DNA of 64,000 nucleotides from Candidatus Woesearchaeota archaeon (GTDB lineage: Archaea; Nanobdellota; Nanobdellia; Woesearchaeales; GW2011-AR9): positions 192,001 to 256,000 of the forward strand of contig JABHQW010000008.1 in NCBI GenBank assembly GCA_018696595.1, given 5' to 3'. Numbering within the stretch: position 1 is the stretch's first letter; each line of letters begins with the position of its first letter. The notes below the pieces were generated by a model. It was not told the origin of the DNA, ran no database searches, and worked only from the letters and a program-made list of their open reading frames with translations. Positions 60,537-64,000 of the stretch are shown here, piece after piece. The position numbers were made by a program, and so were the translations under genes.

Positions 60537-60644
60537 TTTTTAAAACATTTTTTTAAATCTTTACTTATTCTGGGTAATATTGCTCATAACAATAATTGAC
60601 CCATATAAATAAAAACAAAGTAAAAACAAAACAAAACAAAGAAT

Positions 60645-61121
60645 TCAATTCATACTTCTCAACTGCCCTTCAATGTCTTTTAGCTGAGCTTCTAATTCAT
60701 CAAGTTCAGAAGTAGTTTTCTTAACAGGAACTTCTAGTTGAGGTTCTTCTGCCATCTCTGGAACTGGTGCTTCAACTTGAACTTTCTTAACCGGTTCAGG
60801 CTTAATTCCAAGCGCTTTTAACTTTCCTTTTGGGAAATGAGACTTAAGTTGTCCTTCAACTAACCGATTAATTTCAGTAATACTTGTTTTAAGCTGATTA
60901 AAAGTAGCGACCTTTTCTTCTTGAATTTTTTTAAATTTTTCATAACTTTGCATGAAAATGATAACTTCTCTTAATGATTCAAGAATATTCTTTCGTGCAT
61001 TCTTTGGGTCGTTAACTTGTACCATATACTCTGGTTCTTTTTCCCTACTGACTGTTTTTCTCTTTACTGCTTTCTTAGTCCGTTTGGTACTAGTTTTCCT
61101 TACTACTTTTTTCTTAGCCAT
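60645..61121 (-). CDS. Coiled-coil hypothetical protein (paralog 3 of trio)
   Basis: Basic N-terminal tail, then YMVQVND...EINRLV helical hairpin. Confidence 0.75.
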   Translation of the reverse strand: MAKKKVVRKTSTKRTKKAVKRKTVSREKEPEYMVQVNDPKNARKNILESLREVIIFMQSYEKFKKIQEEKVATFNQLKTSITEINRLVEGQLKSHFPKGKLKALGIKPEPVKKVQVEAPVPEMAEEPQLEVPVKKTTSELDELEAQLKDIEGQLRSMN

Positions 61122-61130
61122 TTTTTATTG

Positions 61131-61358
61131 TTAAAATTGTTCAGGTTCATTCAAGGAATGGTCAATAAAATCAACCTTCTTTTCAATTTCACCTAAAGCA
61201 CTTTGCCACATTTCTAATTGGTGGTCTTCTTCATTTTTCAAATCATTTATTTTTAACAATGTTTCTTTAGCGTCGTCAATTTTTTTCCTAATTGTCTTGA
61301 CTAAATCAAGTACATTGTCATATTCATCTATTTTTACGAAAACAGGCATACGATCCAT
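61131..61358 (-). CDS. Coiled-coil hypothetical protein (paralog 2 of trio)
   Basis: PVFVKIDEY followed by heptads; SD GGTGA supports ATG 61358. Confidence 0.8.
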   Translation of the reverse strand: MDRMPVFVKIDEYDNVLDLVKTIRKKIDDAKETLLKINDLKNEEDHQLEMWQSALGEIEKKVDFIDHSLNEPEQF

Positions 61359-61359
61359 T

Positions 61360-61851
61360 TCAATCACCTTTAAAGATTATTTTGTCAACTTGTAACAATT
61401 TATCATGAGCAGACTTGGTTGTTCTTCTTAATTTACTAAAGTTCTTGTCTTCATTATACTCAGAATGTTCAAGACTTTTACTAGCTTCTCTTAACTCGGA
61501 AATATTACTTTTAATTGCACTCAATTCATTTAATATCTTTTGGTAAACCTCAACTTTAATGAATAAGGGTTCATTATTTGCAGCTGTTGAAAAAGGATTT
61601 TTGGGAGGTACAAATTCATTTGCACCCATTTCTTTATTCAACTCTTCAGTTTTTGGTTCTTCATCCATTGGGGCTTGTTCGGGAGTACTTATTGGTTCAT
61701 TAACTCCAACCGCAGCATGAACTTGCTCTGGCTCAAAAACTTTTTCAGAAGGAGCCCTTCTATTAAATTGCAATGCTTTCTCGTTAAAGTTTTTCCCCTC
61801 AGGGAACGGAACTTTAGGAGTAATTTTCTTTTTTCCGAATAACCAGCCCAT
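61360..61851 (-). CDS. Coiled-coil hypothetical protein (paralog 1 of trio)
   Basis: MGWLFG N-terminus, Pro/Glu-rich linker, C-terminal PLFIKVEVY domain. Confidence 0.78.
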   Translation of the reverse strand: MGWLFGKKKITPKVPFPEGKNFNEKALQFNRRAPSEKVFEPEQVHAAVGVNEPISTPEQAPMDEEPKTEELNKEMGANEFVPPKNPFSTAANNEPLFIKVEVYQKILNELSAIKSNISELREASKSLEHSEYNEDKNFSKLRRTTKSAHDKLLQVDKIIFKGD

Positions 61852-61952
61852 TTTATTCTTCTTAGGTAAGAAACGTTTAAAAACTTTGTTTAGTATTATA
61901 TAATAGTGAATGGAAAAGTATTTAACCTAACTTCTATTATTTTGTTCTTAAA

Positions 61953-64000
61953 ATGAGGTTTTTTATTTTATTTGCATTGGTTTTTGTAATTCTTTGTACA
62001 GTTTGTAGTGCAGAATTATTAATTACTGAAATAATGTATAATCCTTCTTCAGAAATGGGTTCTGATTCTGATTTAGAATGGGTAGAAATTTATAATTCTA
62101 ATAATCAAGAATTTGATTTAGCTGGTTTTACAATTAATAATAAAAAAATTGATTCTGTTAAGATCCCCGCAAACTCTTATTTAGTAATCGCAAAAGAACT
62201 TATTGATGGCAAAGATAAAGACCTAGATAGTTTTGAATCTTGTTATGGGAATTCAGATCGTGCTTGGAATAGTTCTGATTTGAGTATCAATATAGTTGAT
62301 TCTCAATCGTTTAGTTTAAGTAATACAAAAGGAACAATCACTCTTTCTGATAGCAATTATGAAATTGCAACTTATTATGAAGATGATTTTGCGGATGGAG
62401 ATGGTTATTCTTTAGAATTGATTAATAATACCTGGGTTCAGAGCAAGGAACTTTATGGAACCCCTGGAAGAAAAAATACTGGCAGTTTAGTTATTGAAGA
62501 AACTGTTAAAACCATTCCAGAAGAAATTCAATTAAGTGTTCATTTGGATGACACCATTTATACTAACTTATTGTATGATGATTTGTTTAAATTAAAGTTA
62601 GTTAACAAAGATAATTGTTCTAAAAAGAATTATGTTACTGTTGATTATTATTTAACGGATGAGAATCAAACAACAATACAAGAAAACACTTTTACAAGAG
62701 AGAATATTGGTTGTTCCTCTTATTCTAGTACTGGAAAAATTGTTTTATCTTCTGGTGGTACGTTTAATTTATGTGGCAAAGTTGTTAATTCTGACTTTGG
62801 TAATAGTTTTAATTCTGATTTTATTTGCAAACAGGTAAAAGTGATTGATGTTTCAAAGATTCCTTGCGAAGTTTTTATCTCAGTATTAACTGAAAAAGTT
62901 TTTTACCAAGATGGCGAGAAAGTAAGTTTTTACAATCAACTTAATGAAAAGACATATCCTTATTCAATTGAGTATTGGGTAGAAGATTTATTTGGCAATT
63001 CTATTAAGAATAAGGTGACAACAACTAACACTAATAAAAAGTCTTATACTCCAAGAATTGAAGAAGAAGATCGTGTTCTTTTCCTTAAAGCTAGAGTTAC
63101 TCCAGCTTGCAAAGATTATAATCTTACTAATAACTATTTTGAGAAAATGTTGATTATTACTAATCCTCAAATTACTTCTAGCGAAAATGTTGGTGGGGAA
63201 GAAGATTCAACAATTGAGATTAAGAAAGTCACTCCTGCCAATAAAAAGTTTGGCAGTGTTGTTAAAGCAGAGGTCGGAATCTATAAAGGTAGTACTAGCA
63301 AATATTCTCTTTCAGCATATGTAGAAAAGTCTGGAAAGAAGATTAGTGAAATTACTAAAATTAATCTGAAAGATAAACATACTAATTACAAAGTGACCTT
63401 GCCCATCCAATTGGACCCTAATTGTAATTTAAAAGTCAAAGAAGGAAAAGCAAAGTTAATTGTTGAAGGTTTGGGGACGGAAGATTCTGAAACTATTGAA
63501 ATTGAAGGGGTTGATAAAACTTTATGTAGGGATTATTTGTCTTACGTTAAGGAGCTAGAAAAAGATTCTTCTAATTCTGATACTTCTGGAGGCGCAAACA
63601 AATTTGCTTATACTTTTGTTAATTTCCCCCAAAAAGAGAAATCAGGAAAAGAGTTTGATTTACAAGTAAAGTTTACGGGAGACAGTTCAGATCATGAAAT
63701 AAAGGTTTGGGCTTATTTGTACAGGGGAAGTAAATGTTATTCTTGTTGTAACGATTGCGAATCTGCAAGGGAACGAGATGATAATTTAATTGAGTTTGAC
63801 TTAGATTCTGGAAAAGAGAAAGTGGTTTCTTTGCCTGTTTCGATTGATTCTGGTTTAGAATCTGGTGATTATAATCTGAAACTGAAAATAATTAAGGATA
63901 ATCAGAAAACTGTTAAGGAATTGACTGGGCCGATTAAAATTGAAACAGAAGCGGCTATAAAACAAACAGTTTCTACTCAACAAGTTTCTGTTGATAGTGG
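61953..64000 (+). CDS. Secreted lamin-tail-domain (LTD) protein, partial (runs off the window end)
   Basis: Not in the ORF track. MRFFILFALV...LLITEIMYNPSS...EWVEIYN...GYSLE...GTPG; frame continues to the window end. Confidence 0.85.
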   Translation, partial: MRFFILFALVFVILCTVCSAELLITEIMYNPSSEMGSDSDLEWVEIYNSNNQEFDLAGFTINNKKIDSVKIPANSYLVIAKELIDGKDKDLDSFESCYGNSDRAWNSSDLSINIVDSQSFSLSNTKGTITLSDSNYEIATYYEDDFADGDGYSLELINNTWVQSKELYGTPGRKNTGSLVIEETVKTIPEEIQLSVHLDDTIYTNLLYDDLFKLKLVNKDNCSKKNYVTVDYYLTDENQTTIQENTFTRENIGCSSYSSTGKIVLSSGGTFNLCGKVVNSDFGNSFNSDFICKQVKVIDVSKIPCEVFISVLTEKVFYQDGEKVSFYNQLNEKTYPYSIEYWVEDLFGNSIKNKVTTTNTNKKSYTPRIEEEDRVLFLKARVTPACKDYNLTNNYFEKMLIITNPQITSSENVGGEEDSTIEIKKVTPANKKFGSVVKAEVGIYKGSTSKYSLSAYVEKSGKKISEITKINLKDKHTNYKVTLPIQLDPNCNLKVKEGKAKLIVEGLGTEDSETIEIEGVDKTLCRDYLSYVKELEKDSSNSDTSGGANKFAYTFVNFPQKEKSGKEFDLQVKFTGDSSDHEIKVWAYLYRGSKCYSCCNDCESARERDDNLIEFDLDSGKEKVVSLPVSIDSGLESGDYNLKLKIIKDNQKTVKELTGPIKIETEAAIKQTVSTQQVSVDS

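Noticed and set aside
1-64000. Stop-codon reassignment or selenocysteine
   Set aside because: Conserved genes end at the expected positions with TAA, TAG or TGA (cdc6, tyrS and ahpC use TGA), and no conserved gene is interrupted.

Overview
AT-rich (roughly 30% GC) archaeal chromosome segment, most consistent with a DPANN lineage (Woesearchaeota/Nanoarchaeota-like). This rests on PolD, TBP, TFE, Hjc, aIF2-beta, many Lys-rich tails and class III-signal surface proteins; taxonomy is inferred, not computed. Layout: (i) 1-10.5 kb, a co-oriented cluster of four Cys-rich secreted/membrane proteins, two of them giant; (ii) 10.6-26.6 kb, tRNA-processing genes plus a replication core (tbp, mcm, RPA-like OB protein, a 1.3 kb intergenic region with inverted ORB boxes around an AT-rich core that looks like oriC, cdc6, DP1, DP2); (iii) 26.6-43.3 kb, mixed housekeeping and accessory genes with tRNA-Pro; (iv) 43.4-52.4 kb, an oxidative-stress and copper/disulfide island with a membrane-anchored regulator and a candidate structured RNA at its edge; (v) 52.4-64 kb, PCNA, RNase J, a kinase-CYTH fusion, tRNA-Leu, surface proteins and three tandem coiled-coil paralogs. 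No CRISPR array, rRNA, transposase, integrase or intein was seen. All family calls are from motif recognition by eye; no searches were run.
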